Assembly: GCA_010909165.1 (NCBI GenBank)
Contig: VJWM01000134.1
Location: 434,001-498,000, forward strand
Direction: 5' to 3'
Origin: Anthoceros angustus
Taxonomy: Eukaryota > Plantae > Anthocerotophyta
Length of the DNA: 64,000 bases
Below are positions 35,375-45,870 of the stretch, piece by piece. Each line of letters opens with the position of its first letter. Within the stretch, counting starts at the first letter, position 1. The notes under the pieces were generated by a model, which worked only from the letters and a program-made list of their open reading frames with translations, was not told where the DNA came from and did no database searches. A program made the position numbers and the translations under genes.

Positions 35375-37186
35375 AGTTAGTGTGTTTTCTTAAGTAACTT
35401 TGGTTATTTCTTTATATTTTTGTTCTTCTATTACATGCCTAATTTACATTTTTATGTAGGTTTTAGTGTGGCAGTAGCGGGGATCAATCTACCTGGGTAT
35501 TTACTCTACATTGTTTTAATTTGTCTTTCATGCTATTCTGGATATACAAGAAACTCTACAAAGAAAAGGTTTCTTTGTTGGTTTTTTGTATATCCTGGAT
35601 CCGCATGAATGGTATTTAACTGAATATGCTTTACTACCAGATTTAGCGATTTGGTGGGATTTCTAGAATGAGCTTCTATCTAGATGTACCTGGTATTCAC
35701 TTGGTGTCTATTTTTTTCTACCCTGCTGCCTTGGTTTCAACATTTATGGTGGATGCATTTCACTCGACATGCCATGTTTTCTACTCTATTGTAATAGATT
35801 TTACTATATTGAGTAAAAATAATGACCAAATGGTCAATTCTCTCTCTAGAAATCTACCCCCTCGCCCCCGAAAAAAAATCGAGCTAGCGCGTCGAGGCCC
35901 CAGACGAGGCCGCGACTTTACGTGTGGCCGTAATAAAGATTCATGGTAGTAGTTAACGATAAAACATATTGTATGGTGATATATCCTACGATCCAAGATC
36001 ATTTTAACAAATTTTGTGCAAGCTACTAGTTATGGAATTTAGGTTCCACAATGGCAACTCGGAGAACTATGAGAGAGAGGACACATTCAATACCAATATA
36101 AACATATCTTTTATGTGCGACTCATTAGAGGGAGAGACCAACATTATTCCTTTACTACACGGCCCTAAATGGCCCTAGGGGCAGTAGTTCTGAAAGTACA
36201 CTTGAAGAGGCTTTTAGAATAATTAATATACACATCTAATTTAATTTTACTTTTTATAAGTATTTCTTTCTTGCTTTCTTGGCTGCATGGCTGGTTTCCT
36301 TGAGGAAGAACTCCAAGCGTGATGAAAAATTGCGTTCTACACCTGGGCATGCGGCCTCCGTAAAGCGAATTGCAATATGTTGATTTGCGAATAGAGACGT
36401 AGGTAGCGTAAACTGAAGGAGGAGACAGCTGGCCAGAGATGAGGATGAGGTTTACTTGGCCTTGAGTTCAACAGGTATTATGTCATACGAACGGAGCAGA
36501 CGGCAGGGAAGGATTTGTGGATTATACGGCTACAGTATAGCAGATAAGGTCTTTTTGGTGGATACGATGGTAAGCAAGAGTGAGCCAATCGGGAACGTTG
36601 AGGGAGCGGATCCTATCCATGGCCTGGATTCAGAGACGTCTGTGTTGGTGGCCCCTGCCAACTGCACCCACAGCGTGATCGAGGCTGACATTGAGACACA
36701 TCGCAGAAATATCCATACGGCCGGCACCCGCAATCGTGTGGAGCTCTGTTGCCGAGAGAAGCAGGCCAAGGAAAGATCGGCAAAATCCGGCATCTTCAGG
36801 TGGAACAAACCGGAGCTGACCTGGGGTTGGAACTTGGAACCAGTTACCTGCCCGCAAGCATGTGGGAAAGAGAAAGCAGGGCCATAGAAAATCTGGCCAG
36901 CCTATAGCAAAAGGCCTGGCTGGCGAGGATCAAGAGAGGGCGGTGCCCGTTAGCACGGCCTGGAACCGGGTCTGGAACAACGGGGAATCTGATTCTAGAA
37001 TGAGTGGGGGAAGGGTGTCCTAGGATGTGAGATGTGGGAGTGTGTCTGCCTGGGCTCAACAGAGAGCCTCAAATTCCCGTTGGGCTGCAGGAGGCCTCGG
37101 CAGCAGCAGCATTTTCGGGTGAAGGCGAGACCTGAAGTGCTGTTGCTGCCGGCCTGGTGATTGTGGGTTGTGGAATTGGGTTGCAA

Positions 37187-39322
37187 ATGGCTGCCCAGCT
37201 GAATGCGGTGGTGAGGGGTGTGGAGGCCGGCCCTCTGCAGGCCTGGGAGTGCAGGAGCTGCAGCGTCGGGGGAGCTGTGGGTCGTGTTTGCCTCAAGTCG
37301 GGCTACTTCGGGTCCAGCGTGAGGCTGGTGGAGGGCGGGAAGTTTCCGGGTGTTGGGAGAAGTGGGATTGTGGGCGTGAGGGCCAAGGGGTCTTCCTTGG
37401 CGGATGTGGATATCGCGGCGCAGAGGTCAGGGCTGGAAGATTCCTTCTCCCACTCCTCGCCGTTTCCTGCCCCCGCGGTGGAGGGGAAGGGGGGGAAGAA
37501 GGGCAAGGCGGGCGGGTCGTCCATCTCCTCCGGGGTGAGGCTGGAGCACGTGAGCAAGACGTTTAAGGGAGCAGCTGTTTTGAAGGACGTGAGCTGGGAG
37601 GTGAAGAAGGGGGAGAGAGTGGGGCTGGTAGGGGTGAACGGGGCCGGGAAGACGACGCAGTTGAGGATCATCGTGGGCGAGGAGGAGGCGGATGAGGGGG
37701 TTGTGGTGAAGGCGAAGGAGAACATGAAGATCGCGTTTCTGACGCAGGAGTTCGAGGTCGTGCCCACCAGGACTGTGAGGGAGGAGTTTCTGACGGCCTT
37801 CTCGGAGCAGATGCAGATTGCGGGGCGCATTGAGCGGGTGCAGCGGAGCTTGGAGGCGGCCACGGAGGATATGGATTTGATGGCCCGGCTGCTGGACGAG
37901 CTCGACAGGCTGCAGCGGCTGGCTGAGGCTGCCGACATGTACGATGTGGATGTGCGGATAAACAAGATGATGCCTGAGATAGGGTTCACTGCGGATGATG
38001 GGGATCGGCTGGTCGCGTCTTTCAGTGGTGGGTGGCAGATGAGGATGTCGTTGGGGAAGATACTCCTGCAGGATCCGGACTTGTTGCTGCTTGATGAGCC
38101 GACCAACCACTTGGATCTGGATACTATCGAGTGGTTGGAGGGGTATTTGAAGAAGCTGGATGTCCCCATGGTGATCGTGTCGCACGACAGGGCTTTCTTG
38201 GACCAGTTGTGCACCAAGATTGTGGAGACGGATCAAGGAGTGTCGCAGACTTTTGAGGGAAACTACAGTGCTTACATTCTTGCCAAGGCTGCGTGGGTGG
38301 AAGGGCAGCGGTTGGCTTGGGAGAAGCAGCAGAAGGAGATCACTCGTGCAGAGGACTTGATTCAGCGCCTTGCTGGAGGAGCGAACACGGGCAGAGCCAC
38401 CTCTGCTGAAAAGCAGCTGGAGAAGATGCTGGAGGAAGGACAGTTGGTGGAGAAACCGTTTGAGCGGAAGCAGTTCAAGTTCCGGTTTCCTGATGCAGGG
38501 AGGAGTGGCAGAAACGTAGTGCGGATCAACAACATGAGTTTCCAGTACGAGGACAAGAAGCTGTTCGACAACGCCAAGCTTCTCATTGAGAGGGGTGAGA
38601 AGCTCGCCTTCATTGGGCCCAATGGGTGTGGGAAAAGCACGTTGTTGAGGATGATCATGGGATATGAGCGGCCCACGTTTGGTGAGATCAGTTTAGGTGA
38701 GCACCGCATTGTGCCCAACTACTTTGAGCAAAACCAGGCAGAAGCACTGCCGCTGGACAAGACTGTTCTACAGGTCGTGGAAGAAGCTGCCGAGGACTGG
38801 AACTTGAATGACATCAAGGGGCTCCTGGGCCGTTGCAACTTCAAGTCCGAGATGTTGGACAAGAAAGTGGCAGTCCTGAGTGGTGGGGAGAAGGCTAGGT
38901 TGGCTCTCTGCAAGTTCATGGTGACACCGTCCACTCTGCTGGTCCTGGACGAGCCCACAAATCACCTCGACATTCCTTCCAAGGAAATGCTGGAGGAGGC
39001 TCTCCGAGAGTATCGAGGCACTGTCATTGCAGTGTCTCATGATAGGTATTTTCTGCGACAGATTGTCAACCGAGTTGTGGAGGTGAAGGAGAGAGCTCTG
39101 GAGGATTACGCTGGTGACTACAACTACTACCTGGACCAGAACCTGGAAGCCAGGCAAAAGGAGCTGGAGCGAGAAGCCGACTTTGAGGCTAATAGTCCGA
39201 CGGTGAAAGCAAAGTCCAAGATGTCCAAGGCTGAGAAGGAGGCTCAGAAGAAGCAGAAAGCGCAATCGTTTCAGCAAAAGGGCCAAAAGAAGTCCACGGC
39301 CAACAGCCACAGATGGAACTGA
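37187..39322 (+). CDS. ABCF5: ABC-F family ATPase, plastid-type (ABCF2/ABCF5-like), intronless
   Basis: Two NBDs (GVNGAGKTT, FSGGWQMR, LLLDEPTNHLD; GPNGCGKST, LSGGEKAR, LVLDEPTNHLD), no TMD, N-terminal transit-peptide-like extension, C-terminal NSHRWN. Confidence 0.93.
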   Translation: MAAQLNAVVRGVEAGPLQAWECRSCSVGGAVGRVCLKSGYFGSSVRLVEGGKFPGVGRSGIVGVRAKGSSLADVDIAAQRSGLEDSFSHSSPFPAPAVEGKGGKKGKAGGSSISSGVRLEHVSKTFKGAAVLKDVSWEVKKGERVGLVGVNGAGKTTQLRIIVGEEEADEGVVVKAKENMKIAFLTQEFEVVPTRTVREEFLTAFSEQMQIAGRIERVQRSLEAATEDMDLMARLLDELDRLQRLAEAADMYDVDVRINKMMPEIGFTADDGDRLVASFSGGWQMRMSLGKILLQDPDLLLLDEPTNHLDLDTIEWLEGYLKKLDVPMVIVSHDRAFLDQLCTKIVETDQGVSQTFEGNYSAYILAKAAWVEGQRLAWEKQQKEITRAEDLIQRLAGGANTGRATSAEKQLEKMLEEGQLVEKPFERKQFKFRFPDAGRSGRNVVRINNMSFQYEDKKLFDNAKLLIERGEKLAFIGPNGCGKSTLLRMIMGYERPTFGEISLGEHRIVPNYFEQNQAEALPLDKTVLQVVEEAAEDWNLNDIKGLLGRCNFKSEMLDKKVAVLSGGEKARLALCKFMVTPSTLLVLDEPTNHLDIPSKEMLEEALREYRGTVIAVSHDRYFLRQIVNRVVEVKERALEDYAGDYNYYLDQNLEARQKELEREADFEANSPTVKAKSKMSKAEKEAQKKQKAQSFQQKGQKKSTANSHRWN

Positions 39323-39589
39323 TCCCGCACTCGGCAAGACAATGGGTTGATGTACTCTATATCAAAGTAGACCAATTTATCCCATAGCATTCTTACAGCA
39401 CTCCCACTACAGTTGGCCTCTCGATAGTGGAGAGTAAATCCTTCATGTACATTTTTCACTCTATTGTACAAAACGTCTCAACTGTTCACCCGACTTGACG
39501 AGGGCGAATGTGTATGTGTGAAAAATTTCGTAGAAGATGAAAACAAGTCTCTAGTTAAAGTTGAAGAAGAAGTTTAGTATAGTTTAAGT

Positions 39590-40010
39590 TGACGAAGCTG
39601 ATTAGTATAGTTTAAGTTGACGAAGAAGTTTATTATAACCCCGTCATGCAATTTCCTAAGCTACTTACACCAAGGGCACCCACTCCCTCTAATCACCTCA
39701 TATAAATACCCATCTAAGTGGTACCAAGGGTATCCACCCTCTTTTGACACCCCGTGTAAGTACTGATCTAAGCGCCCATGTAAGTACCCATCTAAATGTG
39801 GGACTGTAGGCATCGCATGATGTGCCTAATTAGCACCCATGTAAGTACCCATCTAAGTGTGGGATTGTAGGCATCGCATGATGTGCCTAAGCACCAGGGT
39901 ATCCACTTCCTCTAGACACCCCATCTAAGCACCGATCTAAGATTTAAGTACAAGATGCTTAACAACATTGTTCTTATAAATGTGTGTCCCCTTTAGCCTA
40001 TCTTAGGTGG
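39590..40010. repeat. Non-coding repeat with internal duplications; same family as 48500-48727
   Basis: CCTAAGCTACTT.CACCAAGGGCA, CACCCCATCTAAG.ACCGATC and GTTCTTATAAATGTGTGTCC shared with 48515-48727; internal ~60-bp duplication at 39775-39890. Confidence 0.8.
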
Positions 40011-41713
40011 TCACAAAAATAAAATGTCACATCATTCTCATTATTAGTAAGCGTCTTTGTTTGAATGTGCAGGAATTCCGCTGTCGCCTATCCAACGTGA
40101 AAGCAATCACATCATGGCAGATCACATGCTGAAGGCGGGCTAAAGCCACATCATATGGCATACCGTGGCAGACTATATGTATATACTATATGTATATACT
40201 AAAGGCGGGCTAGATTTGTATCATACTGTACACCATGGCAGATAGTATTTGAAAAGCTGGTACTGGGTATATCGGAAGCCGGGAGCCGGTAGCATCCTCT
40301 CTCTACAAGCATAAAACCCCGTACGGCCCCATTTTGGGTAGACCTACACGGGTGGCTTCAGAAGCTCCATGTATTACGAAAATGCAAGCGAACTCGGGGA
40401 CAGGCATGCAAGATAGCTTTGTAAAACAAGGGTTGCAAATCTCACTTTGAGTTTGCCAAGTCCCTCTGTCTACTGCAACATCTCTGGTGCTATGCGTGGA
40501 TGTCTGCTACAACATCTTTGGTGCTATGTGTAAATACAAAACAACATTTTTGGTATTATGTGTGGATACAAATAGCCGACCCATTAATATGTTTTGGTGC
40601 TATGCATAGATATAAATAACAGACCTATTAATCTGATCAATTCTGGTTTGATATTTGAACCCTCCGTGAGGGCTATCATATCAAGCTAGATGTGATCATA
40701 TTGATAGGCATCAATTACTCGGTAGCCAATGTAGGCTAAAGAAACTTAGCAAACTCAAAATGAGGTAGGGACTTTTATTTGCGTATATTATATATTCATG
40801 ACTAAAATAAAAAAAGAACAAAGGAGATTCGTGTTGAATGCAAGCTGATGAAATTGATGTAGTTAGGTAAGTCTTTTTATGCAATGGCAAGAATTTCTTA
40901 TGCAACAGTTTTATATGCTTTTTATTTGTACAAATGAGATGTGAAGACCTTTGCTGTCATGTATATGAATGATCTCACACGGCAGGCAAAGAGAACCGCG
41001 GTGGTGAACGGTGACGTGGCCCAGGCCAACCAGCACAAGTGCTAGCGTTTGAATCCAAGCTTGCATATCAAGGTGATGAAGTGTGACGTGGCCCAAGCCA
41101 ACTAGAACAGGTGCTAGCTTTTGGATGCTTGCATGTGAAGGCAACTGGTGTACGTAATGGTAGACTATCCACATTTCTCTGGCTTAACACACTCATCCTG
41201 GGAAAGAACTTTGTGCCCTAGCATCTGTGTCTACGAGTTTACGGGCAACGGCAATCTGCATGACTCTTTACTGCAACCCGACCACGCAAGACATGCAGCA
41301 GGAAATGGGGTTTCGCGATCCATGTCCCGCAAATTGAGCAGATCGTGCATTGGATTTTTCTCCGCAGAACAAATCCTCGCCACAGAAGGGTCCGACGAGT
41401 CCCAACCTCGGTTGCCTCAGTGCACGAGAAACGCCTCCTCATACCTGGCGGTCTCCTGCTCTAGTCTGAAGTTCCCAGTTCCGGCGGGATTCGAGTGACA
41501 GCCAGTTCAAACCCGTGTGACGCCATTTCTGTGACAGAAGTTGCGAGCTTTGTATGAACTTGACAGGATCCAGGAAGGGTCTTTTTGAATGACGCATTGC
41601 TTGTGTGTGACTATCCACGCAAGGGCTGGCTGGCTAGGGCAAAGTTGGTCATAGAAGGTTGTGGCGTTCTGGGTTGTGCAAATGTGCGTGGTGTGTGCTG
41701 TAGGTGGCGACGA

Positions 41714-42964
41714 ATGGTGAGAGAGATGGATGACTGTGGAGTGTCGAATGTGAGGGGCGATGGCTGGGAAGGAGGAGGAAGCTCGGGCAGCAGAGTGAAA
41801 GGGGAGGATTCGGGGGAGCGGCTGCCCAGGGACGTGTTGGAGAGGATTCAGGCATACCTGCCCGTAACAGATTTCTTCCGCTCCCGCCTGGTTTGCAAGA
41901 GTTGGCATTCGAATTTGCTGTCGCCTGCATTCCGCAAGATGCATGCCGAGCTGGCGCCGAAGGAGGAATGGGTGCTCACCCTGGCACGCTGCGATCATGG
42001 GAGGGACATCCACAACTCGCCATGCGCCTACAGCCCAGCATCGGAGAAGTGGGTGAGGCTCCCCTTGCTGTGCTTTTGCCCTAATGGTGCGTCAGGGAAT
42101 TTCCTTGCAAGCGCAGGCATGGTGTGCTTTCAGGAAGGCACTGAACCGAGCCGCAATGTGATCGTATGCGACCCGTGTCTGGGTAGTCGCAAGGCTGTGC
42201 CTGTGCCCAGCTTCATGCCAGACTCCGAGCTGCAGCTGGTAGGTTTTGTGATAGACCCTGGCACCAAGGAGTTCAAGGTGTTTGGGATCTGCTCCACCAG
42301 CCCTGAGCAGCCGGCGCCCACTGTAATGTACGACTCCAGGAAGGGCGAGTGGGCCGTGACCGGCACTGCGTACGTGAGCATGCCTCGCCAGATCGAGAGG
42401 AGTGTGGTTTGGGAAGGCTTCCTCTATCTGGTGGGACGGGGTAGTAGAGATTGGGGAGGCCGGTCGTACGAGATGTTCAAGTGCAAGGTGGAAGACGGCG
42501 TTTGGCGCCGGGTGCCGGCCTCTTTTGCCATCCATGGTGGGACATCTAGGGTGGAGCCTGGCCTGGACCTGGTCGTCCACAACAACAGGTTGTTCCTGAT
42601 AGGAAAGGTGGAGGACGAGAATGCGGAGGAAGACGAGTTCGAGTACTTCCCTACCATGTCGGAGTGCGTCTTGTGGGAAGTGGTGGAGACTGAGCCGTGT
42701 GTGACAGTTGGCTCTGCTGGCCGAGCACCCTCCTACTTCACGGATGATTGGGCAGGTGCATTTACTGGCCGCGACGACTTGCTCTACATCCAGCTGTCCG
42801 ACATCAGCCCCAGAGTTGCGGTGTGTGACCTATCGACAGCACCATATTCCTGGTGGCTGCTGCCTCCCTCGCCGGCAGCCGAGCAGCAATCTCATGGCGG
42901 TGTCACATTCGTCACCATGCCTGTCCAACCTGAGCTCGATGCTTTTGTGGGCAGCCAGAGTTGA
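41714..42964 (+). CDS. F-box protein with kelch/F-box-associated-like C-terminal domain
   Basis: F-box ERLPRDVLERIQAYLPVTDFFRSRLVCKSW; long open frame with beta-propeller-like W/Y-D repeats. An upstream exon is possible (acceptor-like site at ~41703). Confidence 0.9.
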   Translation: MVREMDDCGVSNVRGDGWEGGGSSGSRVKGEDSGERLPRDVLERIQAYLPVTDFFRSRLVCKSWHSNLLSPAFRKMHAELAPKEEWVLTLARCDHGRDIHNSPCAYSPASEKWVRLPLLCFCPNGASGNFLASAGMVCFQEGTEPSRNVIVCDPCLGSRKAVPVPSFMPDSELQLVGFVIDPGTKEFKVFGICSTSPEQPAPTVMYDSRKGEWAVTGTAYVSMPRQIERSVVWEGFLYLVGRGSRDWGGRSYEMFKCKVEDGVWRRVPASFAIHGGTSRVEPGLDLVVHNNRLFLIGKVEDENAEEDEFEYFPTMSECVLWEVVETEPCVTVGSAGRAPSYFTDDWAGAFTGRDDLLYIQLSDISPRVAVCDLSTAPYSWWLLPPSPAAEQQSHGGVTFVTMPVQPELDAFVGSQS

Positions 42965-43763
42965 TGGAATCGAATCTCCGTGGCAGTGGCTGGGGACGCG
43001 TTTGTCTGTGAGACCTAATCGTGTGAGGTAGCAGAGTGTGGCAAACAGGTACGAGCAGCACACACTGCAGTTATTGGCGAATATGAAACTGTCGAAGAAG
43101 ACCGACCTCGATTGTCCATTGTGGGTATGAAATTAGTCGTCCCTGGACATACTCAGTCATGGAAGCTGAGTTGTCGGAGTTGTTCTCAGCTTTCGGACCC
43201 AGCTTTTGTTTCCTTGCTGAGGACAAGGAAATAGGTCACTGGCCTTGCTGAGGACAAGGAAATAGGTCACTGGTTGGAATGTGTTGAACACGTTAGGCTT
43301 TTCCATAAGCTTTCTTCCGCTTTCTTCCCTCCTCTTCTGAGGGCGACACAGTGATGAATTTTGTGTCACTGTACGTACGCTTCGGTCATGAAAACTGAGT
43401 TGTCGGATTTGTTCTCAGGTTTCAGACAGGTTTTTTCTTTCCTCCTTGAGGAACATGGAACTACGTGGGGAACTAGCTTGTTCAACCCATTCCGACTCTG
43501 TATGTGTTTTTGGTGCTTACGGACAAGTTCTTCGGAAAAGGTCAGATACGTGTGATGGAGCTGTTCTCAGCGATGAGGGAGATGGGTGGCGTTGGAGTCT
43601 CGGATGTCAGAAGCTATGCCGAGCAAGGAGGGGGAAGGGCAGTAAGGGCGCGGATCGAAGTGACAAGGGAGGAGTCCGAAGAGCGGCTGCCCAAGGACAT
43701 CTTGGAGAGAATTCAGGCATATCTGTCCATTACAGACTTCTGCCGGTCGCGCTTGGTGTGCAA

Positions 43764-44010
43764 GAGTTGGCATGCGAGGGTCCAGTCGCCTGCGTTCCAG
43801 AAGATACATGCCGAGTTGGCATGCGAGGCTTAGAACGCAGCGCCAGAAGATACATGCCAGTTGGCATGCGTGGCTCTGGAACACAGCGCCAGAAGATACA
43901 TGCGGAGTTGGCATGCGAGGCTCTGAAACGCAGCGCCAGAAGATACATGCCGAGTTGGCATGCGAGGCTTTCGTCGCCTGCGGTCAGGAAGATACATGCC
44001 GAGGTGGTCC
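43764..44010. repeat. ~47-bp minisatellite x5 derived from F-box coding sequence
   Basis: GAGTTGGCATGCG at ~43764, 43813, 43858, 43905 and 43952. Confidence 0.92.
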
Positions 44011-44049
44011 CGAAGGACGAGTGGGTGCTCGCTCTCTCTCTGGCACGTT

Positions 44050-44405
44050 GTGATCATGCCAGAAACATCTACAAATCGCCCTGCGCTTACATGAGTGAAC
44101 ACAAACATCTTACTGAGTGATCACAAACATCCACAATTCGTCCTGCGCAACGATCACAAACATCTACAAAAACATCCACAATTCGCCCTGCGCAGCGATC
44201 ACAAACATCTACAAAAACATCCACAATTCGTCCTGCGCAACAATCACAAACATCTACAAATCGCCCTGCGCTTATATGAGTGATCACAAACATCACAACT
44301 TGCCCTGCGCTTACATGAGTGATCACAACTCTCTCTGCGCAGGGATCACAAACATCCACAACTCTCCTCACGCAGTGATCACAAACATCCACAACTCCTT
44401 CTGCG
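44050..44405. repeat. ~40-bp degenerate minisatellite (~9 units) derived from F-box coding sequence
   Basis: TGATCACAAACATCYACAA.TCGCCCTGCGC units resemble parent 41990-42030 (CDHGRDIHNSPCAY). Confidence 0.88.
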
Positions 44406-44546
44406 CTCACGTCTACGCAGTCTACGTCACGTCTCACATCTAAGTCACGTCAGAGACTCCACTGCTCTGACTACGTCACGTCTCTTTCACACTCCCACTC
44501 AAAGTGGGAGCGTTCACTTCTAAGTGATATAAAATAGCCCCAGCCT

Positions 44547-44800
44547 CAGCCTACATTGCTCAATTGTGATAACATGTCGGCTATAGCTTTAGTCGCTAAT
44601 CCTCGTTATCATGCTCGTATTAAGTACATTGAGCTATATCACCATTATATACGTGATGTTACTTCACGAGGAGTGGTGGTAGTGGCTTATGTAAATATCG
44701 AGGATAATACTGTCGATATTTTTACTAAGTCTCTTCCGACTCATAAACAGAACAAACATAGGGAAGGACTTGGAGTAATTGATGGTAGTGATATCATCAC
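44547..44800 (+). mobile_element. Ty1/copia RNase H fragment
   Basis: CDNMSAIALVANPRYHARIKYIELYHHYIRD...YVNIEDNTVDIFTKSL matches the copia RNase H consensus; PPT-like AAGTGGGAG at ~44852. Confidence 0.9.
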
Positions 44801-45349
44801 TTTAGCAGCTGAGGAGGCCAAGTCAAGGACAAAATAGTACTTTCCAAGCTTAAGTGGGAGCTGCCAAGTGGCGAGAGTGGATGAAGCTAATCTGAATTAG
44901 ATCCATCGTCAAGTCACTTAGGAGTCCTTTAAGCAACCTTAGTGTGCCTAGAGCTGAGTAGAGTGTGAAAGAGACGTTTCGTAGAAGACATAAGACAGTT
45001 TTGTTTGTATTTCTAGTTACTTCAATTATGCAAAGCATCTTGTGCAAGTCTCGTACGACTTTTGCTTTGCCACTAGCTCCATAGTTCTGTTGTGTGACCC
45101 TTCGAAAACACCATGTCCGTGGTGGCTGCTGCCTCGCTCGCAGCAAGATGAGGGCGGCGTCAGATTGGTCACCATGCCTCTTCAACCTGAGCTTGATGCT
45201 TTTGTGGGCAGCCAGAGTTGATGGAGTCCAAACACCGTTGCAGGGGCTGGGACGTGCGTGTTTCTGCGAGACCTCATCGTTTGAGACAAAACGAAGGGGG
45301 CAAACAGGCACGAGGAGAGCACGCTGCAGTTTTGTACAGGAACTCTGGG

Positions 45350-45870
45350 ATGTGCAGGGGAAGGATGTGGTAACTAAGGAAGGACTGGGGATGAAAATTC
45401 TGCAGGGTTACAAGAGCCACACCAGACAGACAGAAAACAGGATGAGGGGGATGGGCGAGAGTGGCAGCCTAGGCAGTTGAATCGCAGCAGCAAAAGACGG
45501 GCTGATTCCGGCCATCTCGAGACGATTCGTCTTCTTCCAGAGAGCATGCATATGGTTGATGCATAGTTGGCGCAAGAGGTAAACTTTCCGCTGTGCATGC
45601 CAGCCGTAGAATCCTTGGAGGTGAGTGGTGATGCGACAAAAGGGATGGGGGGGTGGAGAGGGGGTGGCAATTCCATCGCGGACTGCCCGAAGCAGGTTGG
45701 CAAGCCAACATCGGCATCCGCTTCGATCCCGATTCCTCATATTGGCAAGGAAAGCCAACCCACTGGACCGCTTCGATGGCGGAGATGCACCCGCGTCTCA
45801 TACGCTGTATGCCTCTACGGTGCAGGTTCCATGGAGCTACATACGCTGGGTTCTCGTCTTCCGACTTCCA
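45350..45870 (+). repeat. Dispersed segment homologous, in inverted orientation, to 51090-51375
   Basis: GGGGATGA..ATTCTGCAGGGTTA and TTGGCAAGCCAACA..CATATTGGCAAGGAAAGCCAA shared; this copy has an ~210-bp extra insert. Confidence 0.85.

Larger units (their letters stand above)
24870..35900. mobile_element. Putative composite Crypton-like DNA transposon (orphan gene <- promoter -> recombinase); ends not defined
   Basis: Contiguous AT/T-rich island unlike the flanking GC-rich host genes; encodes a tyrosine recombinase; its promoter module recurs at 5.4 kb. Confidence 0.5.
43555..45221 (+). pseudogene. Disrupted paralog of the upstream F-box gene
   Basis: N-terminus ERLPKDILERIQAYLSITDFCRSRLVCKSW (43555-43830) and C-terminus WWLLP..VTMPLQPELDAFVGSQS* (45110-45221) match 41714-42964. 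The middle is replaced by minisatellites and a copia fragment. Confidence 0.9.

Noticed and set aside
37303-39337. Long antisense ORFs over ABC-F (also 49299-50381 over the lectin and several over the PPR)
   Set aside because: Shadow ORFs caused by GC-rich codon bias on the real coding strand.
41210-41280. Kinase-like fragment VYEFTGNGNLHDSL
   Set aside because: About 15 residues only, with no other kinase subdomains nearby; may be chance.
44050-44405. CRISPR-like array (also 48073-48727 and 52877-53420)
   Set aside because: Units are contiguous tandem repeats without unique spacers; eukaryotic context; no cas genes.
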